A stretch of 38,718 bases of DNA from an uncultured Pseudomonadota bacterium (GTDB lineage: Bacteria > SAR324 > NAC60-12), in contig CAJWCD010000012.1 in the NCBI GenBank assembly GCA_913020725.1, positions 1 to 38,718 on the forward strand. Reading direction: 5' to 3'. Below, piece after piece: positions 1 through 8,251 of this stretch (position 1 is its first letter; the number at the start of each line of letters is the position of its first letter). The position numbers and the translations under genes are program-made. The notes under the pieces are model-generated. The model worked only from the letters and a program-made list of their open reading frames with translations, had not been told where the DNA came from and ran no database searches.

Positions 1-372
1 GTTGTCGATGAACTGCACACATTTGACGGAGCCCAAGGTTCAGACCTTGCCTGTCTTATTCGCCGCCTAAAGAAAAGGCTGGACACAGCACCTAAACATC
101 TCTGTTGTATTGGTACCTCTGCGACCTTGGGTAACGATAAAGAACAGACTCAACTTCTTGAATATTCTTCTACTGTATTTGGCTAGGAGTTTGCGACGGA
201 TTCGATAATCACGGAATCACGTCTGAGCGCAGGTGTGTTTCTTGGAGACAGCTTAATATCTCACACGGATATTGTTTCACAGGACAAATCAACAGAACTT
301 GATCCTGTTAATTTTGACCATTATGAAGCATATATTAAAACCCAATACAGGTTATGGTTTGGCGAGGATATT
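1..372 (+). pseudogene. Fragment of an SF2 DEAD/DEAH-box helicase (YprA/DruE-like large helicase) with an in-frame stop
   Basis: Frame 1 reads VVDELHTFDGAQGSDLACLIRRLK...CIGTSATLG (motif II DExH, motif III SAT). TAG lies at 184-186, and helicase-like sequence continues in frame (EFATDSIITESRLS...YRLWFG) to about 370. The gene runs off the window start. Confidence 0.75.
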
Positions 373-780
373 AATGGTGAATTTACTATTTCATATCAAG
401 CGCTAGATGGGGCTCTCTTTTCTGAGGTTGCATCACTAACAATTGAAATCTTACCGGTAAATGATCCACCTACTATATCAAATATTCTTAACCAGAGCAT
501 AGATGAAGATGAGAATTTTGTTTATTATCTTAATGCCGTTGATGTTGATAGTGAAGCATTAGAATTCTCTGTAGATGGTATTGATTATGCAAATGTGACG
601 ATTGACGGACAAACATTGTCAGTGATTCCTGATCAGGATTACAATGGATCACTAACAATTAATGTACATGTTTATGATGGAGAGTATTCTGATTCAGAAC
701 AGTTTATTTTAGATGTATTACCAGTAAATGATTCTCCAGTATTAGATGAAATTGCCAATCAAAATTCATTAGAGGATGAA
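373..780 (+). pseudogene. Internal fragment of a cadherin-like / tandem Ig-like repeat protein (middle of ORF 235..1035)
   Basis: Two PVNDxP repeat boundaries (LPVNDPPTI, LPVNDSPVL) about 90 aa apart, with D/E-rich beta segments (AVDVDSE, PDQDYNGS, VYDGEYSD). Boundaries are approximate. Confidence 0.7.
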
Positions 781-1035
781 CTCAAGGAACACTTCACTTT
801 GATAACTCAAGAAAGATTTGAGGAAGCACAAGAAAAGGTGAAATTTGTTATTCACTCACTTGTTCAGATGATGGATGAAGCAACTGCGATAGTTGGATTC
901 TTTGAGAAATGGGATGAAGTCAAGAGAGTGAAAAGAGATATAAAAAGAACGGTTATTGAAGAGTTTGATGATTTGGACTTGGTGAAACCTGTAACTGACA
1001 GGTTCATGGAACTCGCAGAGGTGAAGTTCAAATGA
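781..1035 (+). pseudogene. hsdR: C-terminal fragment of a type I restriction enzyme R subunit (HsdR)
   Basis: IVGFFEKWDEVKRVKRDIKR...VTDRFMELAEVKFK* resembles HsdR C-termini, and the stop overlaps (ATGA) an M48/YgjP peptidase gene, the usual hsdR neighbour. Confidence 0.55.
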
Positions 1036-1733
1036 TCCTGAAGACTGATTTCCCAGTTGAGATTTTTAAGACTGACAGAAGGAAAACCGCATCTATCAAG
1101 ATTGTGGATGGGGGAGTTCATGTGATTGTCCCAAAACGATTATCAGATGCACGAGTGAAGGATCTGATACTAAAACGAACCTCATGGATACAGCAGAAAC
1201 TTCGTATTCAATCAGAAACCGTTCCTCCAAAACCAAAAGAATATGTGAGTGGAGAGAATTTCACCTATCTTGGAAAGAACTACAAATTGAAACTCATTCC
1301 CAATGGTGATGGCGAAGTTAAGATGAAGGGGAAGTATCTAACATTAGGGTATCCCAAGATATTATCTGAGACAGACAGAAAATCATTTGTGAAGGGTTCT
1401 CTTGAAGACTGGTATAAGGGGCATGCCCTAAGCAGACTGACTGAAAAAACAAAAAGATACGGAAAGATGCTTAGAGTGAACCCTCAGTTGGTATCCATAA
1501 AAAACTACAAATCCAAATGGGGTTCTTGCTCAAGTACAGGGGAGATCTTCTTCAACTGGAGAATCATCATTTCCCCTCATCGGATCATTGATTATGTGGT
1601 CGTGCATGAACTCTGTCACATATTGGAACATAACCATTCAGCAGCATACTGGAGTCATGTGAAGAGTATCATTCCAGACTTCAATCAGGACAGGCAGTGG
1701 TTGAAGGTGAATGGAGTGGGGTTATTTGTTTAG
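1032..1733 (+). CDS. M48/SprT-like zinc metallopeptidase (YgjP/DUF45 family)
   Basis: RRKTASIKI...VIVP, YVSGENFTYLG, KSKWGSCS and IIDYVVVHELCH...NHS (HExxH zinc motif). Confidence 0.9.
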   Translation: MILKTDFPVEIFKTDRRKTASIKIVDGGVHVIVPKRLSDARVKDLILKRTSWIQQKLRIQSETVPPKPKEYVSGENFTYLGKNYKLKLIPNGDGEVKMKGKYLTLGYPKILSETDRKSFVKGSLEDWYKGHALSRLTEKTKRYGKMLRVNPQLVSIKNYKSKWGSCSSTGEIFFNWRIIISPHRIIDYVVVHELCHILEHNHSAAYWSHVKSIIPDFNQDRQWLKVNGVGLFV

Positions 1734-1894
1734 AAAAATTCCAAGTTTCAGACAAACTCAATTGATTCTTCTCTGCAACTTTAACCAATTGCTCGTGTAT
1801 ATGCTACCTCAGGTAAATGGAGGATTTCTTTCTCTTCCATCCTCTCTCTGTTGTATACCAACTCATTGTTGTCCTCCTTTGTCCTTTATGTTCC

Positions 1895-2047
1895 TCATTT
1901 CGTCACCTTCACCACAGTCACCACATCAGTTTCCTTCAACCCCTTGTTGATTGCAGTGTGAAGAATGTTCTCAAACTTCTTCTGGTGCTGGGGTACTTGG
2001 TTCTGAGGAACTGAGAGTTTCACTTCATATTTGACTATCTTGTCCAT
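1895..2047 (-). CDS. Small hypothetical protein, 50 aa (below the ORF-track cutoff)
   Basis: ATG at 2047 with purine-rich AAAGGGAAAGAAG upstream. Reads MDKIVKYEVKLSVPQNQVPQHQKKFENILHTAINKGLKETDVVTVVKVTK*. Confidence 0.4.
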   Translation of the reverse strand: MDKIVKYEVKLSVPQNQVPQHQKKFENILHTAINKGLKETDVVTVVKVTK

Positions 2048-2345
2048 CTTCTTTCCCTTTCTGATTTGTTGGAGGTTAATTCCTCACAGATCGTTTCATG
2101 TATATTTATGTCAAAGGAGAACTGAGGATGGAGGAAAATTTATTTACCAGACACTAAATAAAGAGTGTTGAATTCTTAAATATTATAAATACTTCTGTAA
2201 GAGGTTGACGAAAGGGATAGGGTGATGAAACAGAATGAGAAAAAACTGGAAAAACTGAGGATACAAAGTATCCGAATTTATCGAAAGAAGTGAGGGAATG
2301 AGTAAGTGACTAGGTGACGGAAAGGATAATTGTATCAACTCGCAA

Positions 2346-3230
2346 TCAACCAGATGCAATCACTTTTGTCTTTGACATTGTTATTTCAAAAAAACTATAT
2401 ACTGCTACACTTGCCATAACAATTATTCCACCATATAATGTTTCTTGTGAAATTGTTTCATTTAAAAAAACCCAAACCCAAAAAGGTCCTAATGAAAACT
2501 CTAAAAGCATAAAGAATGTAACTTCAGAAGCAAGAAGAAATCTAGTGGAAAAAATAAATACACTATTCACAAATCCAGATAATACTCCTCCCCATAAAAA
2601 ACATAACAAAATATCTTGAATTGGAATGTTTATATTTCCAAGACTAGTTACAAAAGAAACAGTTAATAGGAGAACGCTAGATATGAGACTCGCAGGCATC
2701 ATATCAATACTCTTATATTTTCTTATAATAATAACAAATGTAGAAAAACTAAAAGCACAAGATAATGCTATAATGTTCCCATAAAAACCACCAGTTTCCA
2801 ATCCATCTTTAATCATAATAAATATTCCAATAAAAGCAAAAAACATTATAATAATTGTTCTTAAAGATATTTTCTCTTTTAAAAATATGAATGCTAGAAT
2901 CGCTGTAATAAAAGGGATCGAACTTAAGGTAAACAATGCATTTGCAACTGAGGTATTAGCAAATGATTGAATAAATAAGAGATTGGCAAGCATCAGGAAA
3001 AAACCACCTGTCATACCAGGATAACCAGTTTTTTTGATGTTTGTTACAATTGCAAATCTGTATCGATGAAAAAGAATTAAAGTAATGGAAAAGAGAAATG
3101 CCAATGCTCTATAAAAAGCGATCTGCCAAGGATCGGCATTATTAATATTTCGCATTATCAGACCTCCAAAACTGATGCCAACTGAACCAATAATAAGCAA
3201 TAAAATGGATAGTTTGCGATTTGAGATCAT
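2346..3230 (-). CDS. DMT/EamA family transporter
   Basis: 294 aa, about 10 hydrophobic segments, with WQIAFYR, LAFIFLKEKIS and LLEFSLGPFWVWVFLNE motifs. The DNA is very AT-rich. Confidence 0.9.
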   Translation of the reverse strand: MISNRKLSILLLIIGSVGISFGGLIMRNINNADPWQIAFYRALAFLFSITLILFHRYRFAIVTNIKKTGYPGMTGGFFLMLANLLFIQSFANTSVANALFTLSSIPFITAILAFIFLKEKISLRTIIIMFFAFIGIFIMIKDGLETGGFYGNIIALSCAFSFSTFVIIIRKYKSIDMMPASLISSVLLLTVSFVTSLGNINIPIQDILLCFLWGGVLSGFVNSVFIFSTRFLLASEVTFFMLLEFSLGPFWVWVFLNETISQETLYGGIIVMASVAVYSFFEITMSKTKVIASG

Positions 3231-3286
3231 GAAATTAGTATCTTCTAAAAGATTATGAGTTTAACTTTGGATATTAATTTGTTGTA

Positions 3287-3496
3287 TTAAATTACAGTGA
3301 CGTAATATCCCATCTGATTTTGATCATTGATGAGAAGGTCTTTCGCAAGAGATTCAACTGATGCGACTCCACCGTTCTTCAGAAGGGTCATCAACATCAC
3401 AGGTTGGTAGATGTGAGACATCCTCATGCGGTTGATGAGGAAATCTTTGCGGTCAGAGAAGGTCATTTCAGATGTCTGATCAATTTCACTATCCAT
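3287..3496 (-). pseudogene. Truncated N-terminus of an HNH/HIT-domain protein
   Basis: FLINRMRMSHIYQPVMLMTLLKNGG...LAKDLLINDQNQMGYY matches my recollection of the N-terminus of HNH endonuclease/HIT fusion proteins. It stops a few codons later, where the AT-rich DMT block begins. Confidence 0.55.
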
Positions 3497-3660
3497 CGAA
3501 TCACAACGATGGGAGAAATAAAACGAATACCGAAACGGAACAATTTCAAAAATAATTGTCGGTATTCAATTCTGACATTATGTTTGTCCCTCCAAGGTTT
3601 CGTAACGATCCAAACGACTATCAGGAACAAACCTCCAAAGATCAAAATTCTAACCCACAT
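3463..3660 (-). CDS. Small membrane protein, hypothetical
   Basis: 65 aa, with an N-terminal hydrophobic helix (ILIFGGLFLIVVWIV) and a basic amphipathic tail. Same strand as its neighbours. Confidence 0.4.
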   Translation of the reverse strand: MWVRILIFGGLFLIVVWIVTKPWRDKHNVRIEYRQLFLKLFRFGIRFISPIVVIRWIVKLIRHLK

Positions 3661-3922
3661 CGTTCTGTCCCAATCCTTTGCGAGCTCTCAGGTTGATCCC
3701 AAGAATCTCACTCAGGGATTTCAATCTGTATCTGTCATCGGTCTTTCGTCTTGGTGGGAGTTTTCTCAAAGTCTCCCGAAAATTCCTCCCATGTCTTTGT
3801 CCCAATTCGGAAATCGGTCTGTCTCCCACGACTTCAAGGAACAGATTAAGTGAAATCTCATATTCCTCCAAAGTCTTCTCCTTCACTCGTCCCATTTCTC
3901 TAAGAGTTTTTCGTGCTGTCAT
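3650..3922 (-). pseudogene. Tyrosine integrase remnant (core-binding domain)
   Basis: KTLEEYEISLNLFLEVVGDRPISEL...FRETLRKLPPRR resembles integrase core-binding domains. There is an in-frame TAG just upstream and no catalytic domain. It lies about 265 bp from the tRNA 3' end. Confidence 0.6.
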
Positions 3923-4186
3923 GAATTCCTCAAACTACTTGATTTCAAGGAAATTTGAAACCCTGACTGTCCGAAGTGAGTCCTAAGATTTTTAGGGATG
4001 TAAGACCTAAAAAGGTAGGATGATGAATTACTTTTTTGAAAAACGAGACATGATTTGAACGACATGGGATTCCAACCAAATAATAGATTTTGAAATCCCC
4101 AAACTCATACTCAAACAGTAAGTGTTCAGTCTGTCAATAGGTGTTGGGAGGTGTTCATCTCCCTAAGTCATTGATATTAAATGACC

Positions 4187-4285
4187 TGGCGGAAGTGTGT
4201 GGGAATCGAACCCACCTGCGACAGGATTAGTGCCGCACGCACGGTTTTGAAGACCGGGGCGCCCACCAGTGACGCATCCACCTCC
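4187..4285 (-). tRNA. selC: tRNA-Sec (anticodon UCA)
   Basis: Minus strand GGAGGTGG...CGGT CTTCAAA ACCG...long variable arm TGCGGCA/TGTCGCA...GTGGG TTCGATT CCCAC ACACTTCC GCCA. 99 nt, G discriminator, encoded CCA. Confidence 0.95.
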
Positions 4286-4297
4286 GGGAATTGAGGC

Positions 4298-4326
4298 AGT
4301 CTGGCGCAAAGCCGGAGAAGAGTCCA
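4298..4326 (-). promoter_or_regulatory. Possible sigma70 promoter for selC
   Basis: TGGACT-N17-CAGACT ending 12 nt upstream of the tRNA 5' end. Confidence 0.3.
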
Positions 4327-4406
4327 GTCGCCGAATTTGTGTCGCGGGTTGCTCGGAAATGCGGGATACTGGAGGAAGCAATACCGTTTCCATTTTTTAA
4401 GCCGTC

Positions 4407-5351
4407 ATGCGCAACTTCAAATCCGAATTAGCTGAACTCACTGCCGCCCTCCGGACTCTGCGTTTTTGGTGGGTGTTGGGACTGGTCGCGGTGGGCTGCC
4501 TGCTTTTCAGCACGGTCATCCACGGCATCCTCATCCCACAGAATTTCTACAGCGCCGGGATCACGGGGCTGGCCTTGTTGCTCCACGATTTTTTGGGCGG
4601 AAAACTGTCCATCAGCGAAATCTACCTGCTCCTCAACATCCCGATCTTCGTGGTGGGTTATCGGGAATTCGCACTCAAGTTTCTTGTCGCTTCCCTGTTG
4701 GGCATGGCGATTTTCGCGACCATGCTCGAACTCATGCAGGGGATCGTGATTCCCACCAAAGACCCTCTGCTGGCGGCGATTTTGGGCGGAGTGCTGTCCG
4801 GAGGTGGGACGGGGTTGTACCTCCGCTTTGGAGGGAGCGTCGGCGGGCTTGACATCGTGGGGTCGGTGTTGAAAAAACGCTTCGCGCTTCCCATCGGCGT
4901 CACCTTCAATTTTGTCAACTTCATGGTCCTCGCCACCAACGCCTTGCTCTATGAACTCGATTACGCGCTCTACACGGGCATCTTCATCTTCGTGTTTTCA
5001 TGGACCATGCAGCGCGTGATCACGGGATTCTCGCAGCGCCGCTCTGTCTTCATCATCTCGGATCACCCGGAGGAGGTGCTGGAAAACGTGATCCGCCCGC
5101 TGGATCGGGGAGCCACCTACTTTCTCGCCACCGGAACCTTCCGGAACGAACCCAAGCGTGTCATCTACACGGTCATCAACTTATTCGAACTTGGGCGACT
5201 GAAGGCCGCACTGGTGGAAATCGACCCGGAGGCTTTCGTCGCAGTCCAGAGCACCGAAGAGGTGATCGGCAGTCGTTTCCTGACGTGGGAAGATGAAGGC
5301 TTTCGCCCGGAACGCTCCCAACCCCATTCCTCGGCCCAAATTGAGGTTTGA
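4407..5351 (+). CDS. YitT family membrane protein (DUF161 + DUF2179)
   Basis: GITGLA, LLNIPIF, LLAAILGG, GGSVGGLDI, IISDHPE, DRGAT and IDPEAFV motifs. Confidence 0.92.
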   Translation: MRNFKSELAELTAALRTLRFWWVLGLVAVGCLLFSTVIHGILIPQNFYSAGITGLALLLHDFLGGKLSISEIYLLLNIPIFVVGYREFALKFLVASLLGMAIFATMLELMQGIVIPTKDPLLAAILGGVLSGGGTGLYLRFGGSVGGLDIVGSVLKKRFALPIGVTFNFVNFMVLATNALLYELDYALYTGIFIFVFSWTMQRVITGFSQRRSVFIISDHPEEVLENVIRPLDRGATYFLATGTFRNEPKRVIYTVINLFELGRLKAALVEIDPEAFVAVQSTEEVIGSRFLTWEDEGFRPERSQPHSSAQIEV

Positions 5352-5455
5352 AACGGACCACCGACCTTCGGTTTTCGTTTGACTTCCGCAGTAATTCCCG
5401 TCAGTTTGCTACTTGGCATTTCAAGCGGCCACCCCATCCCAACACCCTCAGTTTT

Positions 5456-5530
5456 GGGCTCGTAGCTCAGTGGGAGAGCGCCTGCCTCACACGCAGGAAG
5501 TCGCTGGTTCGAACCCAGCCGGGCCCACCA
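5456..5530 (+). tRNA. tRNA-Val (anticodon CAC)
   Basis: GGGCTCG TAGCTCAGTGGGAGAGC G CCTGC CTCACAC GCAGG AAGTC GCTGG TTCGAAC CCAGC CGGGCCC ACCA. Canonical cloverleaf with CCA. Confidence 0.96.
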
Positions 5531-5694
5531 CGCAAATCACCTTGCTAGGATCAGTATTTTTGCTGGAGCAGTGGTTTTTCTTGCAACAGGCTTTTTGGGC
5601 CTCAGTGAGTGACGTCATTGCATTGTCCTTGCGATCTGGCCAGTAGAATCGTATCGTAGCGGGGTTTGTTCATTCGTATCAGTCGGGAACCATC

Positions 5695-7005
5695 GTGAAA
5701 CCCAAACTTTTCCAGTTCGACACCCTCAGCCTGCACGGAGGGCAGCGTCCGGACCCCACGACCGGGGCGCGGGCAGTGCCGATCTACCAGACGACCTCGT
5801 ATGTCTTTAACGACAGCGACCACGCCGCAGCGCTCTTCAATCTGGAGCAGGGTGGGCACATTTACAGCCGCATCTCCAATCCGACGGTCGCAGTATTGGA
5901 GGAGCGTATTGCAGCGCTGGAGGGCGGCACGGGTGCAGTTGCCACAGCCTCCGGACAGAGCGCTCTCTTCCTGTCGTTGCTCACCTTACTGAACTCCGGG
6001 AGCCACATTGTTGCTTCGGCCTCGCTCTACGGCGGCAGCATCAACCTGCTCCGGCACACACTCCCACGCTTCGGGATCACCACCACCTTCGTGCATCCTC
6101 GCGACCTCGAGGGCTTCCGCAAAGCCATCCGTCCGGAGACGCGGCTTGTCTTCGGTGAGGTGATCGGCAATCCGGGGCTGGAAATCCTTGACCTTAAAGC
6201 CGCATCGAGCATTGCCCACGAGGCCGGGGTGCCCCTGCTGATTGACGCGACCTTCAACACGCCTTACCTCTGCCGACCCTTCGAATGGGGCGCGGATTTG
6301 GTGATGCACTCCGTGACGAAGTGGATGGGTGGACACGGTGTTGCCCTCGGTGGGATTGTGGTGGATAGTGGCCTTTTTGACTGGGAAGCCAGCGGCAAGT
6401 TTCCCACGCTCACCGAACCCTATGCGGGCTACCACGGCATCAACTTCATGGAGGAATTCGGCGCGACCCACGCCTTTACAATGCGAGCGCGTTCGGAGGG
6501 AATGCGCGACTTTGGCCCGGCGATGAGCCCGCAAAACGCCTTCTATTTGCTGCAAGGGCTGGAAACTTTATCGGTGCGCATGGATCGCCATTTGGCGAAC
6601 ACCGAAAAAGTGCTGGCGTTCTTGCAGGAGAGCGAGGACGTGGTTTGGGTGAGCCATCCAAACCTGCCCGAACATCCGGATCATGAACTTGCCAAGCAGC
6701 AATTGCCCAAGGGGGGCGGATCGATGATTAGCTTTGGCATCCGTGGGGGGCGCGAAACTGGAGCCGCCTTCATCAATGCCGTGCAACTCGCATCGCACTT
6801 GGCAAACGTCGGCGATGCGAAAACCCTCGTCATCCACCCTGCCACCACCACGCACGCGCAGATGGACGCCGAGGCGATGGAAAAAGCCGGGATGACGGAG
6901 GATTTGATCCGGCTTTCCGTCGGGATGGAGGATCCGGGAGACATCATCGAGGATTTGCGGCAGGCGTTCCGGGTGGCTCGCAAGGCAACAGGAGGTGCAG
7001 CATGA
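5695..7005 (+). CDS. metY: O-acetylhomoserine aminocarboxypropyltransferase / sulfhydrylase
   Basis: ARAVPIYQTTSYVF, YSRISNPT, HSVTKWMGGHG (PLP lysine), HLANVGDAKTLVIHPATTTH and LIRLSVG. Confidence 0.92.
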   Translation: MKPKLFQFDTLSLHGGQRPDPTTGARAVPIYQTTSYVFNDSDHAAALFNLEQGGHIYSRISNPTVAVLEERIAALEGGTGAVATASGQSALFLSLLTLLNSGSHIVASASLYGGSINLLRHTLPRFGITTTFVHPRDLEGFRKAIRPETRLVFGEVIGNPGLEILDLKAASSIAHEAGVPLLIDATFNTPYLCRPFEWGADLVMHSVTKWMGGHGVALGGIVVDSGLFDWEASGKFPTLTEPYAGYHGINFMEEFGATHAFTMRARSEGMRDFGPAMSPQNAFYLLQGLETLSVRMDRHLANTEKVLAFLQESEDVVWVSHPNLPEHPDHELAKQQLPKGGGSMISFGIRGGRETGAAFINAVQLASHLANVGDAKTLVIHPATTTHAQMDAEAMEKAGMTEDLIRLSVGMEDPGDIIEDLRQAFRVARKATGGAA

Positions 7006-7799
7006 AACTTCAAGTTCGCGGGGTCGAAACCTTTGCCACTACGGGAGGGCGTCCGTTTGTCCCTGAGCAGCCCACCATAGTCTTTGTCCACGGTGCCGGG
7101 ATGAATCGCATTGTGTGGTATCTCCAGACGCGCTACTTCGCCCACCACGGACACGCAGTGCTCGCAGTAGACCTTCCTGGACACGGGAGATCGCAAGGCA
7201 CGTTGCTGGGCAGCGTTCAGGAACTGGCGGACTGGATTCCGGATTTGCTGGATTCGGCAGGGGTGGCCAAGGCCACACTGGTTGGACATTCGATGGGGTC
7301 GCTGATCGCACTGGAAAGCGGGGCACGGCATCCGGATCGCGTGAGCAAGCTCGCCTTACTGGGCGCGGCTTCAAAAATGCCCGTGCATCCGGATTTGTTG
7401 GAGGCCGCCAATGCGGACGATCCTTTGGCCTATGATCTGATGATGGATTGGGGCACGGGGCCGGTGGGGCATTTCGGCAGACATCCGGTGCCGGGAATCT
7501 CTCTGATTTCCGGAGGTCGGAACCTGTTGCGGATGGAGAATTCCGGCGTGCTGGGAAATGACCTTGGACTCTGCAATGACTACCAGAGCGGGATGGAGTC
7601 CGCCACGAAAGTGAGCTGCCCAACGCTGGTGGTTGCAGGGGAGGTGGACCGGATGACTCCGGTCAAGCAGGGACTCAAACTCTGCGGAGCGATTTCTGGA
7701 GCAGAAAGTCAGGTGATCGCCAAAGCAGGGCACCTGATGATGATCGAACACTCCGGTGAAACCCTTGCCACTCTGAAGGGTTTTCTCCAGGCGGGCTGA
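7002..7799 (+). CDS. Alpha/beta fold hydrolase
   Basis: FVHGAG, DLPGHGRS, GHSMG nucleophile elbow and AGH catalytic His. ATGA overlap with metY and a GGAGG RBS. Confidence 0.9.
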   Translation: MKLQVRGVETFATTGGRPFVPEQPTIVFVHGAGMNRIVWYLQTRYFAHHGHAVLAVDLPGHGRSQGTLLGSVQELADWIPDLLDSAGVAKATLVGHSMGSLIALESGARHPDRVSKLALLGAASKMPVHPDLLEAANADDPLAYDLMMDWGTGPVGHFGRHPVPGISLISGGRNLLRMENSGVLGNDLGLCNDYQSGMESATKVSCPTLVVAGEVDRMTPVKQGLKLCGAISGAESQVIAKAGHLMMIEHSGETLATLKGFLQAG

Positions 7800-8125
7800 C
7801 TGAAAAAGTCGCAATCGACTCCGAAAATAACAGCGGTCTTTTGGCGCAAAAATTAAATTTTTAGTAAAAATGCCCCAAGGGGTGGGGTATTAGACTCGAA
7901 TATTCTCAATAAATAGTTGATATTATTGTAAATTTTTCAATGCGAGCCATTGATCTGTTCGCCGTGATCGATCGCCTAGTCGGTGTTCCTTTCCGATGCA
8001 TGCACAGGGTTTTTGTGGGAATATAGGCTAAAAACTCTGCATTTGAACACCTCAAAATCAGACAAACACATTGATTTATTTGATGAAAATAACTTCCCCC
8101 CCGAGTCGATTGCGACTTTTCCCAG
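7800..8125. mobile_element. MITE-like non-coding element with terminal inverted repeats
   Basis: Perfect 18-bp inverted repeat AAAAGTCGCAATCGACTC (7804-7821) / GAGTCGATTGCGACTTTT (8103-8120) around an AT-rich, ORF-less interior. Confidence 0.65.
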
Positions 8126-8143
8126 CATGTTCGAAAAAAAATG

Positions 8144-8171
8144 TTGACTCGAGCTAACTGATCATTACAAT
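8144..8171 (+). promoter_or_regulatory. Sigma70 promoter for the flotillin-amide ABC operon
   Basis: TTGACT-N16-TACAAT about 80 nt upstream of the ATG at 8252, followed by TAAGGAG. Confidence 0.55.
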
Positions 8172-8251
8172 ACTCTTGCTCGGTAGATCTGGTGGTTCAG
8201 ATCTTTCTAATGTACCGAAAATCGTGAACTAATAAGGAGTTTCGTCTGCTT

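Larger units (their letters stand above)
1..4186. mobile_element. Decayed genomic island integrated at the 3' end of tRNA-Sec
   Basis: Sharp AT-rich to GC-rich transition at the tRNA 3' end, an integrase remnant, defence-gene fragments, and an att-flank-like TAAGTCATTGATATTAAATG just outside the CCA end. Confidence 0.65.

Noticed and set aside
184..186. In-frame TAG as possible pyrrolysine or recoding
   Set aside because: The gene is also truncated downstream, no pyl genes are present, and TAG is used as a normal stop elsewhere (16227, 17989). A nonsense mutation is simpler.
2000..2265. Recurrent (A)ACTGAGGA(T) words as iterons or CRISPR repeats
   Set aside because: Only 8-10 bp, irregularly spaced, with no array structure or cas/rep genes.
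4163..4393. 76-aa minus-strand ORF
   Set aside because: It overlaps tRNA-Sec and is a shadow ORF.
5348..5646. Short ORFs 5348..5548 and 5413..5646
   Set aside because: They overlap tRNA-Val and have no protein features.
5531..5694. SAM riboswitch upstream of metY
   Set aside because: I could not find SAM-I/II/V consensus elements, only a short TGACGTCA palindrome.
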